This document shows positions 14,414 to 24,133 of a stretch of DNA of 32,000 nucleotides, piece after piece. Made by a program: the position numbers and the translations under genes. This DNA comes from Pseudoalteromonas tetraodonis. Its GTDB lineage: Bacteria; Pseudomonadota; Gammaproteobacteria; Enterobacterales; Alteromonadaceae. How positions within the stretch are numbered: the first letter of the stretch is position 1; each line of letters opens with the position of its first letter. The notes beneath the pieces are model-generated. The model did no database searches. It was not told where the DNA came from and saw only the letters and a list, made by a program, of their open reading frames with translations. The DNA lies in contig NZ_CP011041.1 of NCBI RefSeq assembly GCF_002310835.1, forward strand, positions 1,740,001 through 1,772,000, given 5' to 3'.

Positions 14414-15277
14414 TTAACGACGTAGTGCGTCTATACGTGCGTCAAGCGGTGGGTGAGATGAAAACAACTCAGCCATGCCTTTACCACTGGCAATACCAAA
14501 GGCCATCATTGAGCCTTCTAATTGCGATGGGTGGTTTTGCTTTAATCGCTCAAGGGCTGAACGCATTTTATCTGCACCAACCAGCTGAGCTGCGCCGTTA
14601 TCGGCTGCAAATTCACGCTTACGGCTGTAATGGGCAACCACAATGCTTGCCAATACGCCAAATAATACTTGGAATAACATATCGAATAAGAAGTAAGTCC
14701 AGCTGCTGCCGCCCTCTTCTTCATCGCTATTGATAAAGTTATCTACAATGCCAGCCAGTACTTTAGCGGCAAAAATAACAAAGGTATTAACCACACCTTG
14801 AATAAGCGTTAGCGTTACCATGTCGCCATTAGCCACATGCGATACTTCGTGCGCAAGCACAGCTTCGGCTTGCTCTTGGGTCATGTTGTGTAATAAACCT
14901 GTGCTTACCGCCACCAGCGAATTATTTTTACTCGGGCCCGTTGCAAACGCGTTCATTTCTGGGCTGTCGTAAATCGCCACTTCTGGCATGTTAATACCGG
15001 CTTTTTTAGCTTGAGCAGCCACAGTGCTTACCAGCCATTGTTCGGTTTCGGTACGAGGTTGGGTGATCACTTGCGCACCGGTTGATTTTTTTGCGATCCA
15101 TTTCGACATAAATAACGAAATAAACGATCCACCAAAACCAAATACAGTCGCAATTAGTAAAATTCCGCCAAGGCTACGATGGCTTAAGCCCAGCGCGCTC
15201 ATTATTATTGAAAGCACCACACCTAATACCAACATAACCGCGAGGTTAGTTAATAAAAACAAAAATACACGTTTCAT
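14414..15277 (-). CDS. htpX: Membrane zinc protease HtpX
   Basis: [10 protein letters not shown] (HExxH), four TM segments, 287 aa, ending ...[13 protein letters not shown], typical of HtpX. Confidence 0.93.
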   Translation of the reverse strand: MKRVFLFLLTNLAVMLVLGVVLSIIMSALGLSHRSLGGILLIATVFGFGGSFISLFMSKWIAKKSTGAQVITQPRTETEQWLVSTVAAQAKKAGINMPEVAIYDSPEMNAFATGPSKNNSLVAVSTGLLHNMTQEQAEAVLAHEVSHVANGDMVTLTLIQGVVNTFVIFAAKVLAGIVDNFINSDEEEGGSSWTYFLFDMLFQVLFGVLASIVVAHYSRKREFAADNGAAQLVGADKMRSALERLKQNHPSQLEGSMMAFGIASGKGMAELFSSHPPLDARIDALRR

Positions 15278-15349
15278 ACGAGTTCTCCAAAAATAACATT
15301 TATTGCTGAGCGATTTACTATGTTTGATCGGCTTTGAGCAATCACTGCG

Positions 15350-15403
15350 TTATGACACACTATGTCATAACGTCAGCGCTATTCTGTGACAAACTATGTC
15401 ACA
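15350..15403. promoter_or_regulatory. Two related palindromes TGACA-N5-TGTCA upstream of htpX
   Basis: TTATGACAcactaTGTCATAA (15350-15370) and TGTGACAaactaTGTCACA (15385-15403), 34 bp apart. No T-run follows on either strand, so they are not intrinsic terminators. Confidence 0.45.
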
Positions 15404-15416
15404 ACACAAGGGTTAT

Positions 15417-16100
15417 TTATGGATTTATCGATAATTTTTCAAGCAGGGTTTTATAAATTTGTAATTTAGGGGTTTGCTCGGTATAGGGGCTTATAGCAAG
15501 CAGTGGAAATGGTAAACGTGTTTTCAGTGAATCTAGGTTTGCTTGGTATTCATCCATAGTGGCATCAACTTGGTTTGCAATCCACCCTACACAATTAATC
15601 CCTAAGCTTTGCATGTGTGCAGCAGTGAGTAAAGCATGATTAATACAGCCTAGTTTCATCCCCACCACTAATATTACGGGTAGTTGCTCTACTTTTACCC
15701 AGTCGTATAAATATTCGTTGTTATTAATTGGTAATGCCCAGCCGCCCGCGCCTTCGGTTAACAGGTAATCGGCACCTTGCTGCTTAACATGTTGATAAGC
15801 CGTGCTGAGCTTTTCTACTGTTATGTTTAGTCCCGCTTGATCTGCAGCAATGTGCGGAGCTATTGGCGGCGCAAATGCAAATGGGTTAATTATGTCGTAT
15901 TTAGCACTGACTGTGGCACTTTCCATTAGCATTAGTGCATCTGCGTTTACGAGCTGCTCAAACGCCATTTCACACCCAGAGGCAATCGGCTTAAAACCTA
16001 TTGCGCGTTTTTTATGTTGCGCGAGTAACTTTAACAGCAAACTGGTTACATGAGTTTTACCGGCGTCGGTATCGGTACCGGTAATAAAAAACTGGTTCAT
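15417..16100 (-). CDS. bioD: Dethiobiotin synthase
   Basis: FITGTDTDAGKT P-loop; 227 aa; last gene of the bioBFCD operon. Confidence 0.92.
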   Translation of the reverse strand: MNQFFITGTDTDAGKTHVTSLLLKLLAQHKKRAIGFKPIASGCEMAFEQLVNADALMLMESATVSAKYDIINPFAFAPPIAPHIAADQAGLNITVEKLSTAYQHVKQQGADYLLTEGAGGWALPINNNEYLYDWVKVEQLPVILVVGMKLGCINHALLTAAHMQSLGINCVGWIANQVDATMDEYQANLDSLKTRLPFPLLAISPYTEQTPKLQIYKTLLEKLSINP

Positions 16101-16118
16101 GGCATGGCCTTATTATTT

Positions 16119-16937
16119 TTACTGGGCTTTTTCTAATGATAACAATACTACATGGTAAGATACATGGGCTTTATTGTTTATAATCGGATAGGCATCACAT
16201 ACTTTTTGCAGCGCTGATTTGGTTAATAAACCACGACGACTTGTTGCATGATTTTGTGTGGTGGCACCAATGGCTTTAATCGATTTTATAGCCGCTAATG
16301 CACTGCTGTGTTGATCGGTATAAATGACTTTTTTTGATGCGTTTATCTTAAACCCGGCCTTTTCGACCGATTGGTTTATATTATTATGGCTTGCAAACTG
16401 ATTAATATGATTATGTGAATCAAGCACTGCAAAGGCGGTTTTGATCTCGTTTAATGACCCTGCAACAACCGTACTAATATAGGCTTGCCCGCCTGGTTTT
16501 AATGCTTGGTAAAGCGAGTGCATTAAGGCTTCTAAATTAGCAGACCACTGCAGCGCAAAATTACTAAATAGCACGTCAATACTGTTAGCTTGCAGCGGTA
16601 AATTATCCATGTCGGCGCACAGTTTTGGGGTGTTTAAATTACTGCTTTTTAGCATGTTAAAACTCAAATCTATGGCAACAACTTGGCCAAATAATGTCCT
16701 TAAAGCCTGAGTATTAACAAGCGGCCCTGCGCCTAGGTCAACACAGAGCTTATTAGGGTTTGCACTAATGAGTTTAAATAAATCATTTGCCGCTTGTTTT
16801 TGCACATTAGCATGCTGGCTATACTTGTTTGCTGCTTTTGAAAAGTTATGCGCTGTGGTTTTTTTTAAAGCCCGAGTCGCTAAATACACAGTTGTAGGGC
16901 TAAGTGGCTTAGTTTTAATTGCCTGCGGGCTTATCAT
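16119..16937 (-). CDS. bioC: Malonyl-[ACP] O-methyltransferase
   Basis: SAM-methyltransferase motif VDLGAGPL. Lies between bioF and bioD with a 4-nt overlap with bioF. Confidence 0.85.
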   Translation of the reverse strand: MISPQAIKTKPLSPTTVYLATRALKKTTAHNFSKAANKYSQHANVQKQAANDLFKLISANPNKLCVDLGAGPLVNTQALRTLFGQVVAIDLSFNMLKSSNLNTPKLCADMDNLPLQANSIDVLFSNFALQWSANLEALMHSLYQALKPGGQAYISTVVAGSLNEIKTAFAVLDSHNHINQFASHNNINQSVEKAGFKINASKKVIYTDQHSSALAAIKSIKAIGATTQNHATSRRGLLTKSALQKVCDAYPIINNKAHVSYHVVLLSLEKAQ

Positions 16938-18088
16938 GAAATAACCTTTTGTAAACCACCAACGAGTTGTTTTATATCCTCATGGGTGTGGGCTGCACTT
17001 AAGGTAATACGCAAACGCGAGGTATTGTGTAAAACAGTTGGCGGGCGAATAGCCGTTAGCCAAATGCCCTGCTGCTTTAGTTGCTCACTGGCTTTTAACG
17101 TTTGCTCGGCGCAGCCTAAAACAATCGGTTGAATCGCGGTGTTTGAGTCCATTAGCGCAATGTGCTGCTCTTTTGCTAGGCGTTTAAACAGCGCAATATT
17201 AGCGTTTAATTTGGCTCGCTTGTCGTTGGCGTCTCTTATGCTTTTAATACGCGCCAAGGTATGAGCGGCAATAAACGGTGACATAGCGGTTGAGTAGGTA
17301 TAATCACGATTAAACTGCAGCATGTAATCTATAAAATGCTGCGAACCTAATACGCACGCCCCACTACTAGCAACCGCTTTACCAAAGGTGATCACTAAAA
17401 TATCTGGCAAGGTGTCGGCTGCAATTAAGGCTTCACAACTGCCAAGCCCCGATTTTCCTAAAACACCAAAACCATGGGCGTCGTCTATCATTAGCCAGGC
17501 GTTATGCTGCTTTGCTAAGGTAAATAGCGCTTTAATTGGCGCGGTATCACCATCCATTGAGAACACACCTTCAGACACGATGAGCTTATTGCGCGCTTTT
17601 GATTTTTCTAGCCGTGAGCGTAAATGGTTTATATCGTTATGGTTAAAGCGTACTAACGCGGCGTTAGCGTGTAATGCGCCATCAATTAAACTGGCATGAT
17701 TGAGTTTATCTTGAAAAATCGCACTGTGTTGCGCTGTCGCTTTATCTTGGAACAAGGCTTTAATCACACTGCTATTTGCGCTAAAGCCCGAATTAAACAA
17801 CATACCTGCCTCATAACCCAAAGCACTGCATAAAGCTTGCTCAAGCGCTTGCTGTGGTTGTTGATAACCCGTTACTAGTGCTGAGCTGTGGCTACCTAGT
17901 AATGGCGCGCTGGTTAATTCCACCGGCGAATCGCCAAACCCTAAATAATCGTTACTCGCAAAGTTAAGGTAGGTTTTATCATTAACCGTAATAGTGCGCG
18001 CTGTTGCGCTTTGTACTAAATAGCGTTTACGCAATAGCTGCTGTGCTTTGCGTTCATCTAAATGGGTGTTTATAAATTCAAATGACAT
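16934..18088 (-). CDS. bioF: 8-amino-7-oxononanoate synthase
   Basis: Collinear with E. coli BioF from memory (YLNFASNDYLG, SEGVFSMDGD, DDAHG, TFGKA, IRPPTV, RLRITLSA). ATG at 18088 (MSFEF) preferred over the TTG at 18106. Confidence 0.92.
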   Translation of the reverse strand: MSFEFINTHLDERKAQQLLRKRYLVQSATARTITVNDKTYLNFASNDYLGFGDSPVELTSAPLLGSHSSALVTGYQQPQQALEQALCSALGYEAGMLFNSGFSANSSVIKALFQDKATAQHSAIFQDKLNHASLIDGALHANAALVRFNHNDINHLRSRLEKSKARNKLIVSEGVFSMDGDTAPIKALFTLAKQHNAWLMIDDAHGFGVLGKSGLGSCEALIAADTLPDILVITFGKAVASSGACVLGSQHFIDYMLQFNRDYTYSTAMSPFIAAHTLARIKSIRDANDKRAKLNANIALFKRLAKEQHIALMDSNTAIQPIVLGCAEQTLKASEQLKQQGIWLTAIRPPTVLHNTSRLRITLSAAHTHEDIKQLVGGLQKVIS

Positions 18089-18143
18089 AAATGCTTTAAC
18101 CTTCAACGCAATACTTTAAACAATTAGCATAGTACTGAGCACT

Positions 18144-19184
18144 TTACGCTTCGTAAAACAATTCTGAGGTTGCTTTATCAGCCACTTGCGATGACAAAGA
18201 CGCAGCAACGGCTTCATCAGAATAGTCTTCGGCTGTTTCTGGGTTCATCCCGAGCTTTTTAATTAATTGCATGTCGGCATCGGCTTCTGGGTTTTCGGTA
18301 GTAAGAAGTTTATCACCATAAAATATAGAGTTAGCACCGGCAAAAAAGCACATTGACTGCATTTGTTCGTTCATTGCTGTGCGCCCTGCTGATAAACGTA
18401 CGTAGCTATGGGGCATCATAATACGTGCTGTGGCAATGGTACGAATAAACTCAAACTGGTCTAAGTCATCAACGTTTTCAAGCGGTGTCCCTTTCACCTT
18501 TACTAGCATATTAATTGGCACACTTTCGGGCTGCTGGGGTAAATTAGCTAACTGCATTAATAAGCCATAGCGGTCGCTTGCTTGCTCACCCATACCGACA
18601 ATACCGCCGGAGCAGACTTTCATACCAGCGTCTCGCACATTACCAATGGTGTCTAAACGATCTTGGAATGTCCGAGTTGATATAATTTGCTCATAGTATT
18701 CAGGTGAGGTGTCTAGGTTGTGGTTATAGTAATCAAGCCCTGCACTGCGCAGTTCATGGGCTTTTTCGTTATTTAACATGCCTAAAGTCATACAGGTTTC
18801 AAGGCCAAGGGCTTTTACTTCTTTTACCATTTGCGAAATGTATGGCATGTCCCTGTCTTTTGGATCTGACCATGCTGCCCCCATACAAAAACGGGTAGCG
18901 CCTTTTTGTTTTGCTAACCGCGCTTGCTCTACCACTTTTTCTACTTCTATTAGGCGTTCGCGTTCTAAATCAGTTTTGTAATGACCCGATTGCGGGCAAT
19001 ATTTACAGTCTTCTGGGCAGGCACCGGTTTTAATAGATAACAACGTAGAAATTTGTACTTCGTTTGGATTAAAATTAGCGCGATGCACAGAGGCGGCTTT
19101 AAATAATAAATCGTTAAATGGCATTTCAAATAAGGCTTTCACCTCACTGTGTGTCCAATCGTGTCGAACTGTTGCAAGCTCCAT
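18144..19184 (-). CDS. bioB: Biotin synthase (radical SAM)
   Basis: [13 protein letters not shown] cluster motif, near-identical to E. coli BioB over long stretches ([40 protein letters not shown]). Confidence 0.97.
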   Translation of the reverse strand: MELATVRHDWTHSEVKALFEMPFNDLLFKAASVHRANFNPNEVQISTLLSIKTGACPEDCKYCPQSGHYKTDLERERLIEVEKVVEQARLAKQKGATRFCMGAAWSDPKDRDMPYISQMVKEVKALGLETCMTLGMLNNEKAHELRSAGLDYYNHNLDTSPEYYEQIISTRTFQDRLDTIGNVRDAGMKVCSGGIVGMGEQASDRYGLLMQLANLPQQPESVPINMLVKVKGTPLENVDDLDQFEFIRTIATARIMMPHSYVRLSAGRTAMNEQMQSMCFFAGANSIFYGDKLLTTENPEADADMQLIKKLGMNPETAEDYSDEAVAASLSSQVADKATSELFYEA

Positions 19185-19245
19185 AATACTCTCTTTTATT
19201 TTTTGCTCTTGGTGTTATTGGCTTAGAATACGTATTGCCGTACCA

Positions 19246-19279
19246 TTGTCAACGAAACCCACTTAGCTAAAGTTTACAT
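19246..19279. promoter_or_regulatory. bioO-like BirA operator in the bioB/bioA divergent promoter
   Basis: TTGTCAACG-N16-AGTTTACAT. It has the same 9+16+9 geometry and similar half-sites to E. coli bioO (TTGTAAACC-N16-GGTTTACAA). Confidence 0.6.
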
Positions 19280-20581
19280 ATGATTAATAAACAAACGATA
19301 GACCTTGATTTTGATCGTCAGCACATTTGGCACCCCTACACCTCAATGACTCAACCTATTCCGGTTTACCCCGTAACGCATGCAAGTCACAACCTTATTC
19401 ACTTAGAAACGGGCGAACAACTCATTGACGGTATGGCCTCATGGTGGAGTGCTATTCACGGCTATAACCATCCGGTTTTAAATGAAGCGATGCACGCCCA
19501 GATAGATAAAATGAGCCATGTAATGTTTGGTGGCATAACCCACCAGCCGGCAGTAGAGCTCTGTAAAAAGCTGGTAGCGATAACGCCAGAGGGATTAACA
19601 AAGGTGTTTTTAGCCGACAGTGGCTCAGTAAGTGTTGAAGTAGCCATAAAAATGGCGCTGCAATATTGGTTAAGCCAAAGGGTTACAACAAAACAAAAAT
19701 TAATGACCCCGTTCAAAGGCTACCATGGCGATACGTTTGCAGCGATGAGTGTGTGCGATCCTATTAATTCTATGCATAGTTTGTACGCTGGTTTTTTGCC
19801 TGAGCATATTTTTGTGCCTGCCCCTATTAGCCAATTTAATAGTGCGTTTAATCAAGCTGAGGCCGATGAACTCGAAAGCTATTTTTTAAAGCACCACCAG
19901 CAAGTCGCCGCGTTTATTATTGAACCTATTGTGCAAAACGCCGGGGGGATGAATTTTTATCATCGTGAGTATTTAGCCTGTGTGCGTAAGCTCTGCACTC
20001 AATATGATGTGCTGCTTATTTGCGATGAAATTGCCACCGGATTTGGCCGCACCGGCAAATTGTTTGCTGTAGAGCATGCCAATATAGAGCCCGATATACT
20101 GTGTATAGGTAAAGCGCTGACTGGTGGCGCAATGACCCTTTCAGCAACCATAACTAGCGACAAAATAGCCACAGGAATCAGCGAAGGAGAAGCTGGGGTT
20201 TTGATGCACGGACCTACATTTATGGGAAATCCGCTGGCCTGCGCTGTTGCTTGCGCCAGTATTGATTTATTACTAAGCCAAAACTGGCAACACTGTATCA
20301 GCGAAATAAATACTCAATTACAGCAGCTGCATAAATGCCAAGCGCTCAGCGCCGTAGCGAATGTACGTACTTTAGGAGCTATTGGCGTAGTAGAGCTTAC
20401 AGAAGAGGCTGGTAGCATTGATGTCGCTAAAATTCAGACTTATTTTGTATCTCAAGGAGTATGGATACGCCCCTTTGGTAAGCTAATTTATCTAATGCCA
20501 CCGTATATAAGTGACAAAAACAGTATTCGCGCTTTATGTGATGCTATTTATAACGCCATAAAAGGTAAACATTACGTATAG
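19280..20581 (+). CDS. bioA: Adenosylmethionine-8-amino-7-oxononanoate aminotransferase
   Basis: Class-III aminotransferase: HIWHPYT, SWWSAIHGYNHP, DSGSVSVE, CDEIATGFGRTGKLFA, IGKALTGG (PLP Lys). Divergent from bioB. Confidence 0.95.
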   Translation: MINKQTIDLDFDRQHIWHPYTSMTQPIPVYPVTHASHNLIHLETGEQLIDGMASWWSAIHGYNHPVLNEAMHAQIDKMSHVMFGGITHQPAVELCKKLVAITPEGLTKVFLADSGSVSVEVAIKMALQYWLSQRVTTKQKLMTPFKGYHGDTFAAMSVCDPINSMHSLYAGFLPEHIFVPAPISQFNSAFNQAEADELESYFLKHHQQVAAFIIEPIVQNAGGMNFYHREYLACVRKLCTQYDVLLICDEIATGFGRTGKLFAVEHANIEPDILCIGKALTGGAMTLSATITSDKIATGISEGEAGVLMHGPTFMGNPLACAVACASIDLLLSQNWQHCISEINTQLQQLHKCQALSAVANVRTLGAIGVVELTEEAGSIDVAKIQTYFVSQGVWIRPFGKLIYLMPPYISDKNSIRALCDAIYNAIKGKHYV

Positions 20582-20691
20582 ATAGGTTAACTATTATTAA
20601 GGGTTACGTTAAAATTTATGCAAATAATTAGTTTGCTGCCTATTCGTCCCAAAACATTGGTATTTTTAGCCCTGACCTGTCATTTAGTGTG

Positions 20692-20733
20692 TTGATCTGA
20701 GTGATCTTTAGGGATATGATAATGCCTATCATT
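20692..20733 (+). promoter_or_regulatory. Sigma70-type promoter (TTGATC-17-TATGAT) overlapped by a Fur box
   Basis: -35 at 20692-20697 and -10 at 20715-20720. Fur-like GATATGATAATGCCTATCATT at 20713-20733. The core TGATAATgccTATCA matches 12/15 positions of TGATAATCATTATCA. Confidence 0.6.
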
Positions 20734-20746
20734 TACAATAACATTT

Positions 20747-21574
20747 ATGGACTCACTTGCTATGAAAATATTACTTAAGCCTGCCAAGACATTAAGTGCA
20801 AGTTTTTTACTCGCCTCTGCGATTTTTGCACAACCTGTATTTGCTAATGGCCCTATTGGTGAGCATGTTAATCACCTTCAAGCTAATTTAAAAACTTACA
20901 ATGAAGACGTTGAATGGATGATCTCTAAAGTCGATACCATGGTAAGCGATTACGAGAAAAAAGGCGCAAAAGCAGTCAATAGTGATGATTTGGTTGAGTA
21001 CTGGGAATCAGTTAAATTCCACAGCGCAATAGAAACTAATTACGTGCCTGTCTATGCCTCTATTTGGCAAGGTTTGTATGGCATAAAAATGGCTATCGAT
21101 AATAAAAAACCAGCGTCAGAAGTACGCAAACAACAACAAGCAATGAATAATGCCCTATGGCAAGGATTAGGCGCAGTTAAACTGGCGGCTAAGTTTCAAC
21201 AAAAAGGGTTATTAGATAGCGTAAAAGCTACAGCAACTAAAGAAATGACGCAAAGTGCGACTATCGACGAAATTAAACATAAATTAGACCGAGTGGTCGC
21301 TAAATACGCAGAACGTTTAAGCGATGAAGCCACCAACATAGTGCACGATACTTACCTACATTTATTTGAAGGTGTTGAAGGTACACTAATTGAACAAGAC
21401 GCGAAGTTAGTAGAAGTTCTAGAAAAAGACTTTAACGTAACACTTCCACAAGCAATTTCTAATAATAAAAGTGTTGATGAAGTTCGTGATGTGGTTGTTG
21501 ATATGCAAACCAAACTAAGCCGCGCTCAAACGCTGATTGAAAAAGCAGAAAAAGCACGTAAGGATGTATTTTAA
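20747..21574 (+). CDS. Secreted all-helical hypothetical protein, first gene of the iron ABC operon
   Basis: Signal-like N-terminus ...LLASAIFAQPVFA|NG. The rest is K/E/A-rich and predicted helical. The stop abuts the SBP start codon. No family recognised. Confidence 0.55.
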   Translation: MDSLAMKILLKPAKTLSASFLLASAIFAQPVFANGPIGEHVNHLQANLKTYNEDVEWMISKVDTMVSDYEKKGAKAVNSDDLVEYWESVKFHSAIETNYVPVYASIWQGLYGIKMAIDNKKPASEVRKQQQAMNNALWQGLGAVKLAAKFQQKGLLDSVKATATKEMTQSATIDEIKHKLDRVVAKYAERLSDEATNIVHDTYLHLFEGVEGTLIEQDAKLVEVLEKDFNVTLPQAISNNKSVDEVRDVVVDMQTKLSRAQTLIEKAEKARKDVF

Positions 21575-22621
21575 GTGAAACGCAGAACCTTTATTCAAGG
21601 CTTAGCTGCGTTAGGGGTAGCGGGTGCTTTACCGCTATCGCTTTCACGCGCTTTTGCCGCTGATATTGCTATTGCAAACCCCGTGTCTGTTGATACATTG
21701 CCTAAATTAAAAGGTGCATTGACGCTTTATTTAGGCCGTGGTGAAGGTGGCTTATACGAAAACGTATTACAAGCCATTCAAAAAAAGAACCCTGATCTTG
21801 ACCTTGCCATTCGTCGCGGCCCTACCGCAGCGCTTGCCAACACCATTGTTGCCGAAGCAAATGCAGGGGTAAAACGTGCCGACTTATTTTGGGCAGTCGA
21901 CTCTGGGGCAATTGGTTTAGTTACCGATGCCGGCCTTGCCAAGCCCATGCCGAGTGATTTATCAGCGCAATTACAGCCACAATTTAGATACGATGAATGG
22001 GCACCTGTTACTGGCCGTATTCGTACTTTGCCTTTTAATACTGAGCGTTTAACCAAAGAGCAAATTCCAACAAGCATTATGGAAATAGCCGACAGTGATT
22101 TAAGTATTGGTTGGGCGCCTGCTTATGCTTCTTTTCAATCGTTTATAACTGCTATGCGACTTTTAGAAGGTGATGATAAAACAGCTAAGTGGCTCAAAAA
22201 AGTTAAAAAACGTTCTAAAACCTACGCAGGTGAACTCGGTGTGGTAATGGGCGTTGAACGTGGTGAAGTAGACATTGGTTTTGCTAATCATTACTACACG
22301 CTGCGCTTAAAATCAGGTAAGCCAGATGCAAAACTTGATTTAGCCTTTACGCAAAATGATGCTGGGTGTTTAGTTAACGCTTCAGGTATTTTATCGTTAT
22401 CTGAAGACCCACTGGCAATCAACTTTATGCGCTATTTACTTAGCATTGAAGTGCAAAGTTATTTAGCAAGCGAAGCCTATGAAATCCCACTAGTTAATGG
22501 CATTACTCAACCCGATGGATTGCCAAAATTAACCAGTATTTCGCCACCTAAAATTGATTTAACCCAGTTGGCTGATTTACGCCCAACTATAGATTTAATG
22601 CGCAGCAGCGGCGTTTTATAA
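21575..22621 (+). CDS. Fe(3+)-type ABC transporter periplasmic substrate-binding protein with a twin-arginine-like signal
   Basis: MKRRTFIQGLAALGVAGALPLSLSRAFA (RRxFIQ Tat motif). SBP family-1 length. GTG start immediately after the upstream stop. Confidence 0.75.
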   Translation: MKRRTFIQGLAALGVAGALPLSLSRAFAADIAIANPVSVDTLPKLKGALTLYLGRGEGGLYENVLQAIQKKNPDLDLAIRRGPTAALANTIVAEANAGVKRADLFWAVDSGAIGLVTDAGLAKPMPSDLSAQLQPQFRYDEWAPVTGRIRTLPFNTERLTKEQIPTSIMEIADSDLSIGWAPAYASFQSFITAMRLLEGDDKTAKWLKKVKKRSKTYAGELGVVMGVERGEVDIGFANHYYTLRLKSGKPDAKLDLAFTQNDAGCLVNASGILSLSEDPLAINFMRYLLSIEVQSYLASEAYEIPLVNGITQPDGLPKLTSISPPKIDLTQLADLRPTIDLMRSSGVL

Positions 22622-24120
22622 TGCGAATACCTACATCTTACCCAATGGCGCTGCTTGCAGCGCTAGTGACCCTGACTCCTATTTTTGTTTTAATTACGCT
22701 TGCCTCTGACGCAAGCTCTTTTTTTGATAGCCATAATTTAACTATTTTAGGCAATACCCTGTCGTTAATGGGATTAACTGTATTAGGTTCAATTTTAATT
22801 GGTGTGCCCTTGGCATTCATTAGCGCCTATGTGCAGTTACCGTTTAAAAAGTTTTGGCTGGTGGTGTTTGCAGCCCCGCTTGCTATTCCCAGTTACATTG
22901 GCGCTTTTACGCTTTATGCTGCATTTGGTCCCGGCGGTGAAATAAACAACTTACTTGGTTTTGAAACCCCTTCTATGTATGGGTTAACGGGAGCCGCCAT
23001 TGTCATGACCTTGTATACTTTTCCGTTTGTTATGATGACTACCCGTTCGTCTTTACTTAGTTTAGATGCCAGTATGGTCAACGCTGCTCGCACACTGGGT
23101 ATGTCGATGACGCAAAGCGTATTTAAAGTTATTTTACCCCGCGTAATAAATGGCATTGCTGCAGGGTCATTATTGGTTGCGCTGTATACCTTATCTGACT
23201 TTGGTACTCCCGCAATGATGCGCTTAGATACGTTTACCCGTGTTATTTATGTGGAATACAATGCTTTTGCCTTAAGCCGTGCGGCTATGTTGTCACTGCA
23301 ACTGATGGTGATTGTTGGCTTTTTATTAATGATTGAATCACAGATAAAAACCGCCTCAGAGCGTCAAGGTCGTTCGCTTATTTTATTCCCTAAAAAATGG
23401 CAACTAGGCGCTATGTTTGCCACCTTTGCGCCTATTTTATTACTCGCTATTGGCCTACCTTTAGCAGTATTTACTTTGTGGTTAGTGCGTGATGGCTTTA
23501 GCTCGTTTGATTTTAGTATTGCCTGGCATTCAACTTACGCTTCAGCCATTGCCGCTATTGTTACAGTTATTGTTGCCATTCCGGTTGCCCATGCGGCTTT
23601 AAGTGGTAAGGCCGGTAAAGTAATGGAACGCGTTACTTACTTTGGTTTTGGTATTCCGGGTATTGTTATGGGCACAGCGCTTGTGTATGGCGGCTTACAA
23701 CTACCGTTTTTATATCAAACGCTGGGCTTATTGATTATTGCTTATATGCTACGTTTTTTACCACTTGCGGTAGGTTCTGTGCGTACCAGCACCGAGCATC
23801 TTGACCCAAGCTTGGTAAAATCAGCGCGGGTATTAGGCGCAAGCCCGCGCGAAGCCTTTACGCGTATTACTTTACCCCTGACTATCCGTGGTATTATTGC
23901 AGGTGGCGCCTTGGTCTTTTTAGAGTCAATGCGCGAATTAGAAGCCACACTTTTATTAGGCCCCACTGGCTTTGAAACGCTATCTACCTACTTATGGCGT
24001 GTTTACGAAGCCGGTTATTTTGGCCGTGCCGCTATTCCTGGCTTATTGTTGGTGGTGATTTCTGCGGGTGCTTTAGCTATTATGATGTCTGGCGAAAAAC
24101 GCAACCAGTTTGAACATTAA
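22621..24120 (+). CDS. Iron ABC transporter permease (duplicated, FbpB-like, about 12 TM)
   Basis: 499 aa with two EAA-type loops (NAARTLGMS... and KSARVLGASPREAF). TAATG overlap with the SBP gene. Confidence 0.85.
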   Translation: MRIPTSYPMALLAALVTLTPIFVLITLASDASSFFDSHNLTILGNTLSLMGLTVLGSILIGVPLAFISAYVQLPFKKFWLVVFAAPLAIPSYIGAFTLYAAFGPGGEINNLLGFETPSMYGLTGAAIVMTLYTFPFVMMTTRSSLLSLDASMVNAARTLGMSMTQSVFKVILPRVINGIAAGSLLVALYTLSDFGTPAMMRLDTFTRVIYVEYNAFALSRAAMLSLQLMVIVGFLLMIESQIKTASERQGRSLILFPKKWQLGAMFATFAPILLLAIGLPLAVFTLWLVRDGFSSFDFSIAWHSTYASAIAAIVTVIVAIPVAHAALSGKAGKVMERVTYFGFGIPGIVMGTALVYGGLQLPFLYQTLGLLIIAYMLRFLPLAVGSVRTSTEHLDPSLVKSARVLGASPREAFTRITLPLTIRGIIAGGALVFLESMRELEATLLLGPTGFETLSTYLWRVYEAGYFGRAAIPGLLLVVISAGALAIMMSGEKRNQFEH

Positions 24121-24133
24121 GGATTTATAAAAA

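Noticed and set aside
14380-14733. 117-aa plus-strand ORF antisense to htpX. Many similar antisense or shadow ORFs appear in the track (6834..7034, 8206..8427, 9198..9401, 10068..10400, 15024..15296, 15850..16053, 17388..17699, 18704..18981, 19462..19716, 21778..22077, 22638..23156, 23742..23966, 24457..25092, 27885..28358, 28861..29196, 30106..30291).
   Set aside because: All lie wholly inside strongly supported conserved genes on the opposite strand or in another frame, and their products are low-complexity or Arg/Ser/Cys-rich, as is typical of shadow ORFs.
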